A stretch of 64,000 nucleotides of DNA, from the NCBI GenBank assembly GCA_000934665.2, contig KZ538004.1:62001-126000 (forward strand), written 5' to 3'. A model generated the notes under the pieces. It searched no databases. It was not told the origin of the DNA and saw only the letters and a program-made list of their open reading frames with translations. The position numbers and the translations under genes are program-made. The DNA is from Catajapyx aquilonaris (lineage: Eukaryota). Below, in pieces: positions 12,390 through 22,740 of the stretch. Within the stretch, counting starts at the first letter, position 1. Every line of letters starts with the position of its first letter.

Positions 12390-12752
12390 GGGGAGGCGTG
12401 GTGGCTGAGTCGGTAACGACTCAGCTTGCTGATTGAAAGGTCCCAGGTTCAATCCTAACCCAGGAGTTCCCTTTCAACTGCATCAGGAGGGTCTCTGACC
12501 CACGCCTTCCAGGTGTCTGGCAACCTACCTCCAGGGAGACTGCACGTGACCCAATATTCCGACAATGCGCCTGTGTCTCCTCCCCAAAAACCCCGATCCT
12601 TACCCTACGTCCTCAAGTCTTTTCACGGTGATCTAAGGAAAACTAGAAAAATGGTATTAAATGGTGGCATTCCACCACCACCACCCCCCCCCNCCCCCCC
12701 CACCCCGGGCTGACTTCTCTCTAATGGGGTAAAGTAAATAAATAAAATAAAT
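12390..12752 (+). mobile_element. tRNA-derived SINE (distinct head and body, type A-like tail)
   Basis: TGGCTGAGTCGG and GGTTCAATCC boxes; ends AATGGGGTA + (TAAA)n. Confidence 0.75.
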
Positions 12753-12753
12753 G

Positions 12754-13223
12754 CCGTATTACCCCTTTAAAGCGGCATGCTGGTATAAAACGAGCTGGTA
12801 TAACTGGGGGGTGGCCGGCATGCCGCAATACCCAAGGTAGAGTTCCATCATTTTGATCCTTGTCATTTTTTTGGGAATGCATCTGACACTGTACAAAAAT
12901 AATGTTACGGTGAAAAATGTGCGAGTACAGGGCTGTGAAAATATACAAGTTCATCTGTTTCACAGGGCATAGAGTGTCACCAATCTGAGAGAGGAACCAT
13001 CCCAAACATTACAAAGGATCTGCAAAGGATCAAGGCAAATTCCTTCAGTGCTTCCTTTTGCTGGTGAGTAACCATAATTTTCATAGAGATCGTAAGAAAA
13101 CCTCGCCTTATGCTGGCATACCTCGCGTAGACCGGCATGCCGGTATAGCCACCAGATCGTGCATTTCTAAAAACTGGTCGACCTGGACTACACCGGCATG
13201 CCGCTTCAAGTGAGGTAATATGG
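12754..13223. mobile_element. MITE with CCGTATTACC...AAGCGGCATGC TIRs (pogo/mariner-like)
   Basis: inverted termini; second partial copy at about 52815-53680. Confidence 0.75.
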
Positions 13224-13597
13224 TAAATAAAAAGCTAGCAGTGGGACGAACGTTCCACCTGTGGTATCTAATTGATTTAAGTTTTGAAATGCAAAAAAAA
13301 TGTCTGAAGTTTTGGTCTTACAATAGTTTGTTTTTATATGAGCTCCATTTGTCGCTCAGCGAATGTAAATACGGTAATCAGTGTGGCCCAATTTTGCCAA
13401 AACCCAGTATCTGATATTTGGCGGGAAATTCAAATTTCACCATGTCAAATGTATTAGATGAAATTGGTAACACTTTTTTCTTGGAAGTGGAATTACAAAG
13501 TAACATTGGACTTGACGAAATTATGGTATTTTTTGTGTACCATTATGGTAAATGGTACGGACCTGGAAATTATGGTATGAATGCCACAATTATGGTA

Positions 13598-13697
13598 CAG
13601 TCGGCACGGAAAAGGTAAGAACACTTTGAAGGTTCCAGAATCCGCCAATACATTGCGCTAGACCCTCAAAGTGTCGTTACCTTTTCCGTGCCGATTG
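13598..13697. mobile_element. 100-bp palindromic MITE
   Basis: TA-flanked CAGTCGGCACGGAAAAGGTAA inverted arms. Confidence 0.75.
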
Positions 13698-14671
13698 TAC
13701 ATCTGGCACCCTTGCTCGCAGCACCCCTGGTTAAGAACCGCTGCTGTACATCTACAGCCATATCACAAATGGAAAAATGTTTCAACCGGTCCTGCCTAAG
13801 ATAGGCCTTTGACCCTTTCTGTACATGTTTTCACTTCCAAGAAATGACCCCTACTTGGTCGGACCCGTCCCTAGAAAAGGGGTAGGCTCCCATATGGGAT
13901 CAATTTACTGGCCCACTACTGAGAAAGGACGGAAATTATCAGCCGAATTTCCTTGTATCTCATTCTTCCCGAATTTTGGTTCTACCCTGGTGCTTCTCAG
14001 AGGTCTTGGTGCAGATAGTTGCTGGTTTTTCAAGTGATCAGTTCTTGTGTGGCGTGAGTCGAAAAGGTAGTTTGGGGCCTTGTCTTGGGGAATTTGTCTG
14101 TGAGTGACTGACCACTTCTCCAGATATTTTTCCCATTGGTCTTTATGAGATGGTCAAGAGAACCTCTAGTTGATGAAACTCAATGTCTAGAAATGCATCC
14201 TTTGTTGTAAAAAGGACATCTAATGTCTATTTGTTTGTCAGACTTGAGTGTCGCCCTGTAAGCACTGCCTTCATTTATTCCAGTGTAAACTCTGGTGTTA
14301 CACCAGTGAAGCACTGGTTGCACACTTGAAATTGAACATGCAATGCCATTGTGATGTCATTACACTCTGGAGTCATTGCATTGCCCCTACCCTACACAGG
14401 TCGATAAACGTATAGCACTATCATTTGCGTAATACTTCTGCACCCTGGAGGTATTCTTTCAAGCAGGGTATTACAATGGGCAGCCTCATCAATTTTATAA
14501 ATTCATTATTGGAACAAGATGCAGCTCAAAAAATTGGGCCTCATATGCTAGAAACATGTAACCAAAATTTGTGCATCCTCCAATCTCTTCTTGAAGCTAT
14601 TTGAAGTCTGACAAAATTGTAATAATATTTTGACCCCTGTATCTCACTTGGTTGTCACTCTTTTGCAATTA

Positions 14672-15310
14672 CAGTGGAACCTCGTACTTCTAACGCCCCT
14701 AACTTCAAACTTTCAGAAGTTCGAACACTAATTTTGGGATAAATTTGATCAGGAGTTCGAACGATTCTTCTAAGTTCGAACTACCCGTGCAGTGAAAAAA
14801 TTCACTCTCTACATGAATGCCATATTTTGTGCGCCCAAGTCGTCTCTCGCTCTCGCTGTGAAAGCATCTCTTGCATTACGCTCATGTGTTTTCAGTGATT
14901 TTTTTGATTAATTTTTGATGTACAGTATTTAATTGACTATACAAAGATGACTCTACTTTCAAACAGTAACCTTTCTTCTCCTCTCCACCTTCCTTTCCAC
15001 ATGGTGCATATCTACTACTCACTGGAGCAGTAAATTCCATTTTCATTTTGTTCTACAGTGTTTACGTATTTTATTTATTGTTTTCATGTGTTAATTTATT
15101 ATTTCAGGCATTTGATCATGTAATGGTTGCCTTAAATGATATGTATTTGCTGTTTAGGTTTATCAAAATGGGTATTGTCTAGGGTCTGGGAACTGATTAA
15201 TTATTCACTTTCCATGATTTCTTATGGGGAAAACTGATTCGGACTTCAGACAATTCCGAGTTCGAAAGTCCTCCTGGAACGAATTAAGTTCAAAGAACAA
15301 GGCACCACTG
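14672..15310. mobile_element. Tigger/pogo-like non-autonomous element
   Basis: TA-CAGTGG...CCACTG-TA, TTCGAA subterminal repeats; inverted copy at about 48927-49840. Confidence 0.8.
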
Positions 15311-15594
15311 TATTCCACCTTTAACTTTTTTCATGGACACTATTTTGTACCAAAAGGCTTGATGCCAAGAGACAAATAATCATCCTACATATTCCCTAAC
15401 TAATTTACTAGCATCCTTTCAAAGATGAGGTCACACACCTTGATGTGGTGCCTTGTACAAAGTCTAGATGCCCAACCTAACTAAACAATCCTGAAAAAAA
15501 CACTAAATATTTACCATGCCAAATAAGTTCTAGTGGATTTGGCCAAACATGAAGTTCTGCAGAGAAGCCATGCAAGTAGTGTACAGTTGGGTAA

Positions 15595-15733
15595 AGGAGT
15601 ATCTTTCCAGACCAGACCAAAAAATTAGCCTCCAACAGAGGTGCTGCCTGGGGGAGTGCAAGTTATTGCATCAGGGGGAGGCAGCACCTCTGTTGGAGGC
15701 TAATTTCTTGATCTGGTCTGGAGAAATACTCCT
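15595..15733. mobile_element. Palindromic MITE (Kolobok-like AGGAG termini)
   Basis: about 55-bp inverted arms, TTAA on the right and GTAA on the left. Confidence 0.65.
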
Positions 15734-15816
15734 TTAACTGTGTGTGCAGTATGATTGTCAATAGAAACTGTACCACTAATGTGTCAGATCGTTCTCTCAT
15801 TTTCCATACATTGGAG

Positions 15817-16071
15817 TAGTGGTTGCCAACCTTTTTCAGGTCACAACCCCCTTTAATGATAGTCAAGTAACCTGTGCCCCCCCCCCCCCCCCCCCCCCNN
15901 NNCCCCCCCCCCCCCCCCCCCCCAAATGGAGTGTAGAAATGATTAAGCATGTACCTGTGCGTAAATATTTTTAAAAGTCTTCGTGGTGAAATTTCCTATA
16001 AAATTTATTGCAAGTAAAAATAACTGCGGGCCCCAGAAAAGGCTTTGCAACCCCCAGGTTGGGAACCACTG
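15817..16071. mobile_element. hAT-type MITE related to family A
   Basis: (T/C)AGTGGTT TIRs, degenerate 8-bp TSD CATTGGAG/CACTAGAG. Confidence 0.7.
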
Positions 16072-16121
16072 CACTAGAGTATTGTTGAGAAAGTATTCCA
16101 GCAACTAGTGTTATCATATTA

Positions 16122-16678
16122 AGGCCGGTTCTCAAAGCAGCGGGTTGGAGCAAAGCGTGCGCTTGCAAGCGCCTTGGAGCGGGTGGTTTGGCCGCTCTGA
16201 CGTCATTCGAAAGTGGGTAAAGATTCACTTGCCCGCTGCTAGGAGCTAGCGGGTGCGATCTGCTCCGGGTTGATTTCTACCCACTTTGGCCCACCACCCG
16301 CTCCATGGGGACCAATCCGGTGGACCTGTGGGAGTCACGTGGTCACGTGACGTAATCACGTGGGCTCCGATTCGAATGTTTTGGAATATGTCACGTGACG
16401 TGGTCTTTATTTACTTGAAAATAGTTTACAAAATTGCAGGTGTATTTGGTAGTAAATGTCACTATTATGTCATATAAGTTCATAGGCAAACGTAATTATT
16501 TAAAATATTTTAATTAGCCCGCCGCCGAAAATGGTCTACGCGCTTACTCTAGCACGCACCAGCTACACACACCAGCTACTTCGTGAAGACCAGAATATTC
16601 TCGAGCTGCCAAACCACCTGTTCCAAGGCGCTTGCAAGCGCACGCTTTGCTCCAACCCACTGCTTTGAGAACCGGCCT
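16122..16678. mobile_element. PIF/Harbinger-like MITE carrying an E-box cluster
   Basis: about 70-bp TIRs AGGCCGGTTCTCAAAGCAG, TTA TSD. Confidence 0.85.
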
Positions 16679-16804
16679 TTAATGTTAAAGTGTTAACATT
16701 GAACTTCTGCCGGTAGCCTTTTACTAATTTTAATTACAGTACTTGTCTTACTAATGAGCTTGTCTTCTTTTTTACTCCCTGCAGGTCACTACCATCGTGC
16801 CAAG

Positions 16805-18154
16805 ATGAATTTTACACCATTTGGGAGCCATTTCCCTTCAGCTCTACCTTCCATTCATCAGTTTGCAGCCAAATTCACCCATGATCCACCCACAACTACG
16901 CTTTCCGGTCATCATCAAGTGATGACATCTCCCGTAATGACTACCGCTATCGATGGTGCGCGGTTTTTACGTCCCGAACATGTCACCCTTCAAGTAGCAC
17001 ACCTGGGCAGTCACGCAACATCAACGTCTGTGCCCATAAGTGTTCCAGACGCCATCAAGTACACCCGTAGTGGAAGTGTTTCTGCATCGCACCAGTTGCA
17101 GACTTTAGGAATTGCTGCTTTGGGCTCAAAGTACTCTATTGTGCCTAGTACAAACATTCATACTTTCACCCGAGTTAGTGATGAGGAAGCTATCCGCAGC
17201 TTGGTTTATTCACAAGAAAATGGCATTCTCCCACCTACTACCAGCCAGCCATCAGCTGCTAAGCAGCCAAAAAAGGGGTTCGCATCTTCAGAGCAAGATC
17301 TGCAACCACAGGACCTATGTGAAACCATCCTTAAAGACTCGGAAAAAAGTCGGCCACAACCAGAGCATGAAAAAGACAACCCAAATGAAGGAGGTTCCAG
17401 TGAGAGGCCTACGAGTGAGGATGGAAACCAAGATTCAAGCAGTGACAATCCACCTGCAGCCTTGTCACCTGTTCCATGGGGTCTCTCTACCCAAGCAGTC
17501 CCTGTGTCTGATTATCTGACACGATTTCCTTCAAACGCACTAAGCCTTCATCAGTTTTTGAAATTTTCGGCTGAGAGCATGAAAAAAGTTGAGACGCAGT
17601 TCTTGCCAACATTGACTCCTCCAATTGGAGTAGAGCCTTTAAAACCTCTGAAGAAGAAGAAGAAGAAGAAGAAGACTAAGAAAAGGCCACGGCCCAAGCC
17701 AGGGGAAATCCAGATCACGACAGCTCTGGATGGTACGACTCTGTATTGTTGCCCACAGTGTCATGTAGCCTATACAGATAAAGACCAGCTAGATCAGCAC
17801 ATGATTGGACACAAGCTGGAACGTCCATATGCATGTGACTTGTGTGGTGCACGTCTCAAAAGAAAGGAGCATCTGGACAGGCATAAACTAGGCCACTCAG
17901 ATGAGAGGCCATATGTGTGCAGTGTCTGCCTTAAGGCATTCAAACGCAGCGAGCATATGAGCCGGCACTTTACTATACACTCGGGAGAAAAGAAGCATGT
18001 CTGTGCCGAATGTGGGAAAGCATTCAGTCGCAAGGATCATCTAAACAAACATGTACGCTCCCACCTTACTAAGAGGATGAAGGCAGAGTACGCACAACAG
18101 AGGGGCACTAATGCTGATGTGCATGCCCCACCCACCCCATCTGTAATGTCTTGA
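16805..18154 (+). CDS. C2H2 zinc-finger transcription factor, 4 fingers, 449 aa from ATG 16805 (resembles the arthropod l(3)neo38-like family)
   Basis: acceptor ccctgcag at 16784; MNFTPFG...IHQFAAKF N-terminus, poly-Lys NLS, RPKPGEIxxTTALDGxTLYCCP motif, four CxxC-x12-HxxxH fingers; ends TGA CTAG. An upstream coding exon cannot be excluded (frame open from 16785). Confidence 0.93.
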   Translation: MNFTPFGSHFPSALPSIHQFAAKFTHDPPTTTLSGHHQVMTSPVMTTAIDGARFLRPEHVTLQVAHLGSHATSTSVPISVPDAIKYTRSGSVSASHQLQTLGIAALGSKYSIVPSTNIHTFTRVSDEEAIRSLVYSQENGILPPTTSQPSAAKQPKKGFASSEQDLQPQDLCETILKDSEKSRPQPEHEKDNPNEGGSSERPTSEDGNQDSSSDNPPAALSPVPWGLSTQAVPVSDYLTRFPSNALSLHQFLKFSAESMKKVETQFLPTLTPPIGVEPLKPLKKKKKKKKTKKRPRPKPGEIQITTALDGTTLYCCPQCHVAYTDKDQLDQHMIGHKLERPYACDLCGARLKRKEHLDRHKLGHSDERPYVCSVCLKAFKRSEHMSRHFTIHSGEKKHVCAECGKAFSRKDHLNKHVRSHLTKRMKAEYAQQRGTNADVHAPPTPSVMS

Positions 18155-18191
18155 CTAGCTGCTGGAGAGAGGGGGGGCACCAATACCACAG
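18155..18191 (+). CDS. Readthrough extension part 1 (LAAGERGGTNTT), after UGA-CUAG and up to a phase-1 donor
   Basis: in frame and stop-free; CAG|GTAAGA consensus donor at 18192. Confidence 0.7.
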
Positions 18192-18347
18192 GTAAGATTA
18201 TGGATATTCAGATGATAGACATATGTTGTTGCAATATACTGCATCTCAACATACATAGGATATCCTATGTATACACAGGAGTTTCTTTCAATTTATTAGA
18301 TTATAATAAATTCAGAATTGGTGAATTAGATGTACTTTCTTTCACAG

Positions 18348-18778
18348 TTTCAGCTACAGTGGATGCTGCCTACCTAGGTCACATTGCAAACATAGTGGTG
18401 GGCAATGTAGATTTTTCTGCCACAGTCCCCCAACCTCTCCTGTCGGGAACCAGCGTGCCACCAGTACCAGTGAACAAAAGGAAAGCGTCACCTGTGCGGC
18501 CAAAGAGGACCCAATTGCAGGAGCGGCCAGAAGAGCGGCGGCACATATGCAATATTTGTTCTAAGGGTTTCAAGCGCAATGACCACTTGGCTCGCCACTA
18601 CATAATACACTCGGGAGACAAGAGCTACCATTGCCGAGAATGTGGGAAAGGGTTCAGCCGAAAAGATCATCTGGGAAAACACGAGAAGTCGCACATTGCC
18701 AGGCGGGTGAGGGCTGAGTTTTCTCAGGTGCAGCGTGGAACTCCTGTGAGTGTGGCGGTACCTAAGTGTGTGGCTTAG
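18348..18778 (+). CDS. Readthrough extension part 2: exon encoding a linker, basic NLS-like patch, zinc fingers 5-6 and a duplicated SHIARRVRAEFSQ tail
   Basis: acceptor gtactttctttcacag, phase 1 matching the 18191 donor; two intact C2H2 fingers paralogous to fingers 3-4; TAG at 18776-18778. Confidence 0.85.
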
Positions 18779-20281
18779 CAGAGACTTATCTGTGTTTGTT
18801 AGTAAGTACACTTTTTATATTTATGACTGGTGGACACATACCCAGTGTTTATGCTTTTTGTCACAGGTTTTGCCTGCTTTTGTTTATTGCACCTTCTAAA
18901 CTCATGTATGGCTAGCAAATGTTGCCATTACATTTTTTTGTGACAGAGGAAAGTACTTGTTGATGAGGATTGTGCCTTGTTTTTTGGTTAATTTTTTCTT
19001 GCAAAGGATCAGCATAATGGCACTGTGATGAGGAAGAGCAGCTCAAACTGATGATTAGTGATATCATTCCCATGTGTTCCTTGAGTTTTTAAAATGCCAT
19101 TTCTTCGTAGCCATTTTGGCTTTTGATTTAACTTGATTTGCCATGTATAGTGTGTGTGCCATTTTTGCTTATTTCTGTGGGTCTTAATGTGTTCTTCATT
19201 GACTGCTTTATGCAGCTATGTTGATTTAAAATTTTATTTGTGCTGATTCAGAATAGAAGAAAACAGATGATATGAAATGTTGTACACTTACACAAAGGAT
19301 TTATCATAATTGGAAATGTACAAAGATCATGTAATACTATGAAATATGAACTAGTCATTGTAAGTCAAACTGTTTGAAGTGAACATTAATATTTGGTTTT
19401 TTATTCATAATAGAGCATAATATTGTGTAAGTAAGTAGTGTTGTGTTAGTTAAGTGGGAGGAAAGATGATTCTATGGCAACTGCACATTAAGTCAATGTC
19501 TGATTAATCTGAAATTGATCTTACTCTGGAGATATTCTTGGGAGTGTTTTGAGGAGCACTTGTCAAATACTTGCATGGTGGGGTGCAGAAAGGCCTTGGT
19601 AACAACACAAAACTGCAAACTCATGACCAACCAATTTTAATGGGACTTAGAAGATATCAGTATGGAGTGATTGGCTAGGAATAGTGTGGAACAGTAAACT
19701 GAGTTTTTTAATGAGACTAATTCCGTGCTCCTACTTTACTAAATTTTAACCCATATTCCCATTGTTCAGGCAACATGTGGCTGAGCAATCAGAATAGGTA
19801 ACCAGGGAGAGCTGTCCCAGGCACAGGGTGGAGAGAGGCAAGGAGGCAGTGGGAACTAGGCCGAGTGTCATCCCCAACTCACCTCACTTGAATAGTATGA
19901 TTAGAGTCTCATGCAGTCAGTATGGCTGGAAAAAGTCAGGCTGCAGCAATATTTTAAAATCAACTGAAACCAGCTGACCTTACAGTGTCCCACTACCATG
20001 CCACCTCCATGTCCAGACTACCATAATGAATGAGATAGGCATTGCTTTACAATAATTGGAGTACAGTGAAACCTCATTATAACGCTCCTGCATATAATGC
20101 TATTCCCCTCATAACACCCCTTTTTTCTGGTCCTTTGATCATCCCCATGCGGGCCCGCTTATTGATTTGGCAAATATGTCAATTTTAGTTCACATACGCA
20201 TACGGTTATTTGCAGTCACACATGTCGGTACTACCCTAGAGAACACAATTTGTCATGTAAGCATGTGGACAATGTCTATAG

Positions 20282-21078
20282 CAGCGGTTTTCAAACTGGG
20301 GTATGCGAACGATTTCGTGCAATGGCGTCCGTTGTCTACATTTGTGGGGAAAATTTTAAAGAAAAAAAAAAATATGGGAAAAACAAACCTGGGATCTAAG
20401 GATATCCGATAAGTGGAAAACATGTGGAAATATCGGAAGGTGAGATGGGAGGGAGGATTTGGTGGGGGGGGATACGACTTGAAATGAGCAGCCTAAATGT
20501 ATTACTTCCATATAGGGTCAATATGCAGGACCGTGGAACTGCAAATTACACACATCTCCCTAGGTGCAAATACTGCAAAACAACTGCCCACTTATTCCCA
20601 GATGTTAGTGATTAGTGCACCAACTGGCGCAGCAGTATACGAGAGTACAGGATCGAGAAAAAATTATCGACGTTTCAACAGATGGAAACAGGATTTAAAA
20701 CAGGAATTTGGACATAAAAATCCTCGGCACCTTTTGGGCGGAAAGCATTGACGATTATCCTGGCATGGCCCCAAGCTGTGCTTTGAAACACTTGATTCCA
20801 TTATTTTGCCACAACCTATTTACATGTGGAGCTGGCTTTTCATCAAAACAATACCGGAATTGACTGACTGTGGAAAAAAACGACTTGAGACTCAAATTGA
20901 CGTCACTTGTCACAAACATTGACCACTTGTGCGCAAGCAAGTAGACCCATCACACTAACTGGTAATTAGTGCTCACAATTACTACGTATTATAATTATGG
21001 TAGCATGAGAATGGGGGTACAAACTGTCTGGGCAAATTTGAAAAGGGGTACGCAGCGAAAAAAGTTCGGGAAGCCCTG
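20282..21078. mobile_element. hAT non-autonomous element
   Basis: CAG termini, perfect 8-bp TSD GTCTATAG; empty site present in the paralogous sequence near 37200. Confidence 0.85.
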
Positions 21079-21348
21079 GTCTATAGCAATAAGAGAAAAC
21101 TGGAGCTACAACTCTCTGCTTCTGAGCTTGCTGGGGTGTTGTCAAGAAGAACCATATTGGACTACAGTAAAACCTCGATATAATACGCCTGCATATGCAG
21201 GGTGAAGGGATTTTGGGGCATAATAGCCAGGTCAGACTGATAGTACTTGCAAAACTAATATAGGGATGTGCAGTTAGTTTTGGGAGCCATTGCATAGTTA
21301 ACGCGTCCTGTTTTTTTTTTGTGTCTCAGAGCTGCTGACAGACTAGGG

Positions 21349-21564
21349 CAGTGGTTTCCAAACTTTTACCAACTGCGAACCCCTAAACATGTTTCCATAA
21401 ATGTGCGACCCCCCCCCCCCCCCCCNCCCGGCCCCTTCTACAACTGACCCATTTCCAGAAAACATACACTCTGTACGGCCGCAAGAATGGTCCAATTTAC
21501 ACAGAAATTGCAAAAATAAAAACAGTTGCACAAAGGCTCGCGACCCCGAGGTTGGAAACCACTG
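21349..21564. mobile_element. hAT MITE family A, copy 2
   Basis: same TIRs as 151-356; TSD GACTAGGG/GATTAGGG. Confidence 0.9.
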
Positions 21565-21968
21565 GATTAGGGGGCACACCTCGGCCTCTCTTCGGGGGTT
21601 AGTACACTGTGTGCACCCCTCTTCCTATGGACTGGGGTGGGAAATGATGACCATGGCCAGTACGGATGGTTTAAGAGCTCTTATGGGCTAGTTAATCTGC
21701 CTTAAAACCATCTGACCCACGTAACGCATCCTGCTCCTTCTAAGTTTCGTGACGTCACACCCACTCCACCAGCTTCAAAGGAGAAAAAGTCAGCTGGAGG
21801 GCCTCCGAATAATCCGGCCTTAGGTCCATAAGCGCATCGTCCATGTGCAATAGGTGATCAAATCCCATGCAAGTAAGAATCCGGGTGCGACGCCCGTGCA
21901 CTTTGTCGTTGTTTACCTCATATTCTACCATCTGACACTATACTTTAAAGGCTCCGTATGCATTAACT

Positions 21969-22251
21969 TATCCGTGGGGCTTAACGTCGGCCTATTTATG
22001 CTGCTAATAAGGCTCAACACCGACGCCAGGGGGTGGTGGTCCTCCTGGAAATTTGGCCACTCTGGGGATCTTTAATGTGCACTCGTGCAATGTCACAATC
22101 ACACGGGACCGACGGCTTTACTTCCCCCTCTGAAGGAAGGCGCACTCTCACTTTTGTACCACCCGGAGAAAAGTCACCGACCTCGGCTGGGTTCGAACCC
22201 ACAACTTTGGGACTGAGGCGAGCGGGCTAACCACCAGACCACCAGCGCTGG
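21969..22251 (-). mobile_element. tRNA-derived SINE with a Nin/Deu-like central domain
   Basis: GGTTCGAACCC B box; GAAGTAAAGCCGTCGGTCCC...TTAAAGATCCC core; 15-bp TSD CCGTATGCATTAACT. Confidence 0.85.
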
Positions 22252-22303
22252 CCGTATGCATTAACTACACAACAGCGCCAAAAACTACTTGCACGTCCCT
22301 ATA

Positions 22304-22740
22304 CAGGGTGTATCAGAACTCTACCGTAAGCCATATGCCAATGGCGTAATGGTCAGCAGATGATCATTTACAATATCGGAATCATAGGCCTGGGCCGCCG
22401 CATGACCGAGATAATTGACCTCAACCAATAGGTATAAAATATCCTGGCAGGTATGCAAACCTTCAGCCGCCAATCGCATCACAGGTGATGTCGCAGCTAT
22501 TTTCTGGGGGGCTACTGCCACACTGCTATGGGGGTAGTCACTAAGGGCTCTTAGAATGCAGTTCCCCCCAGATGCACTGCTATTCTACAATCACGCTTAA
22601 GCGCAATCGCTACTTCGCAAATGATAAATTATCTACGTGATGTGGCTGCCTAGACATGATGACCCCTCTACATATAATGATGCTCTGGTGCCCCTTATGC
22701 CATTGGCACATGGCTTACGGTAGAGTTCTGATACACCCTG
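22304..22740. mobile_element. Tc1/mariner-type MITE (CAGGGTGTATC family)
   Basis: about 45-bp TIRs, TA TSD; interior related to 2354-2777. Confidence 0.85.

Noticed and set aside
16754..16784. ORF-track start MSLSSFLLPA
   Set aside because: It is the polypyrimidine tract and acceptor of the preceding intron
18152..18154. UGA as selenocysteine
   Set aside because: No SECIS recognised by eye, the position is in an unstructured tail rather than a redox motif, and the CUAG context explains it better; not formally excluded
18200..18347. N-terminus of the 192-aa ORF as a separate zinc-finger gene
   Set aside because: It lies in an AT-rich stretch bounded by consensus donor and acceptor sites; it is the intron, which happens to be open in this frame
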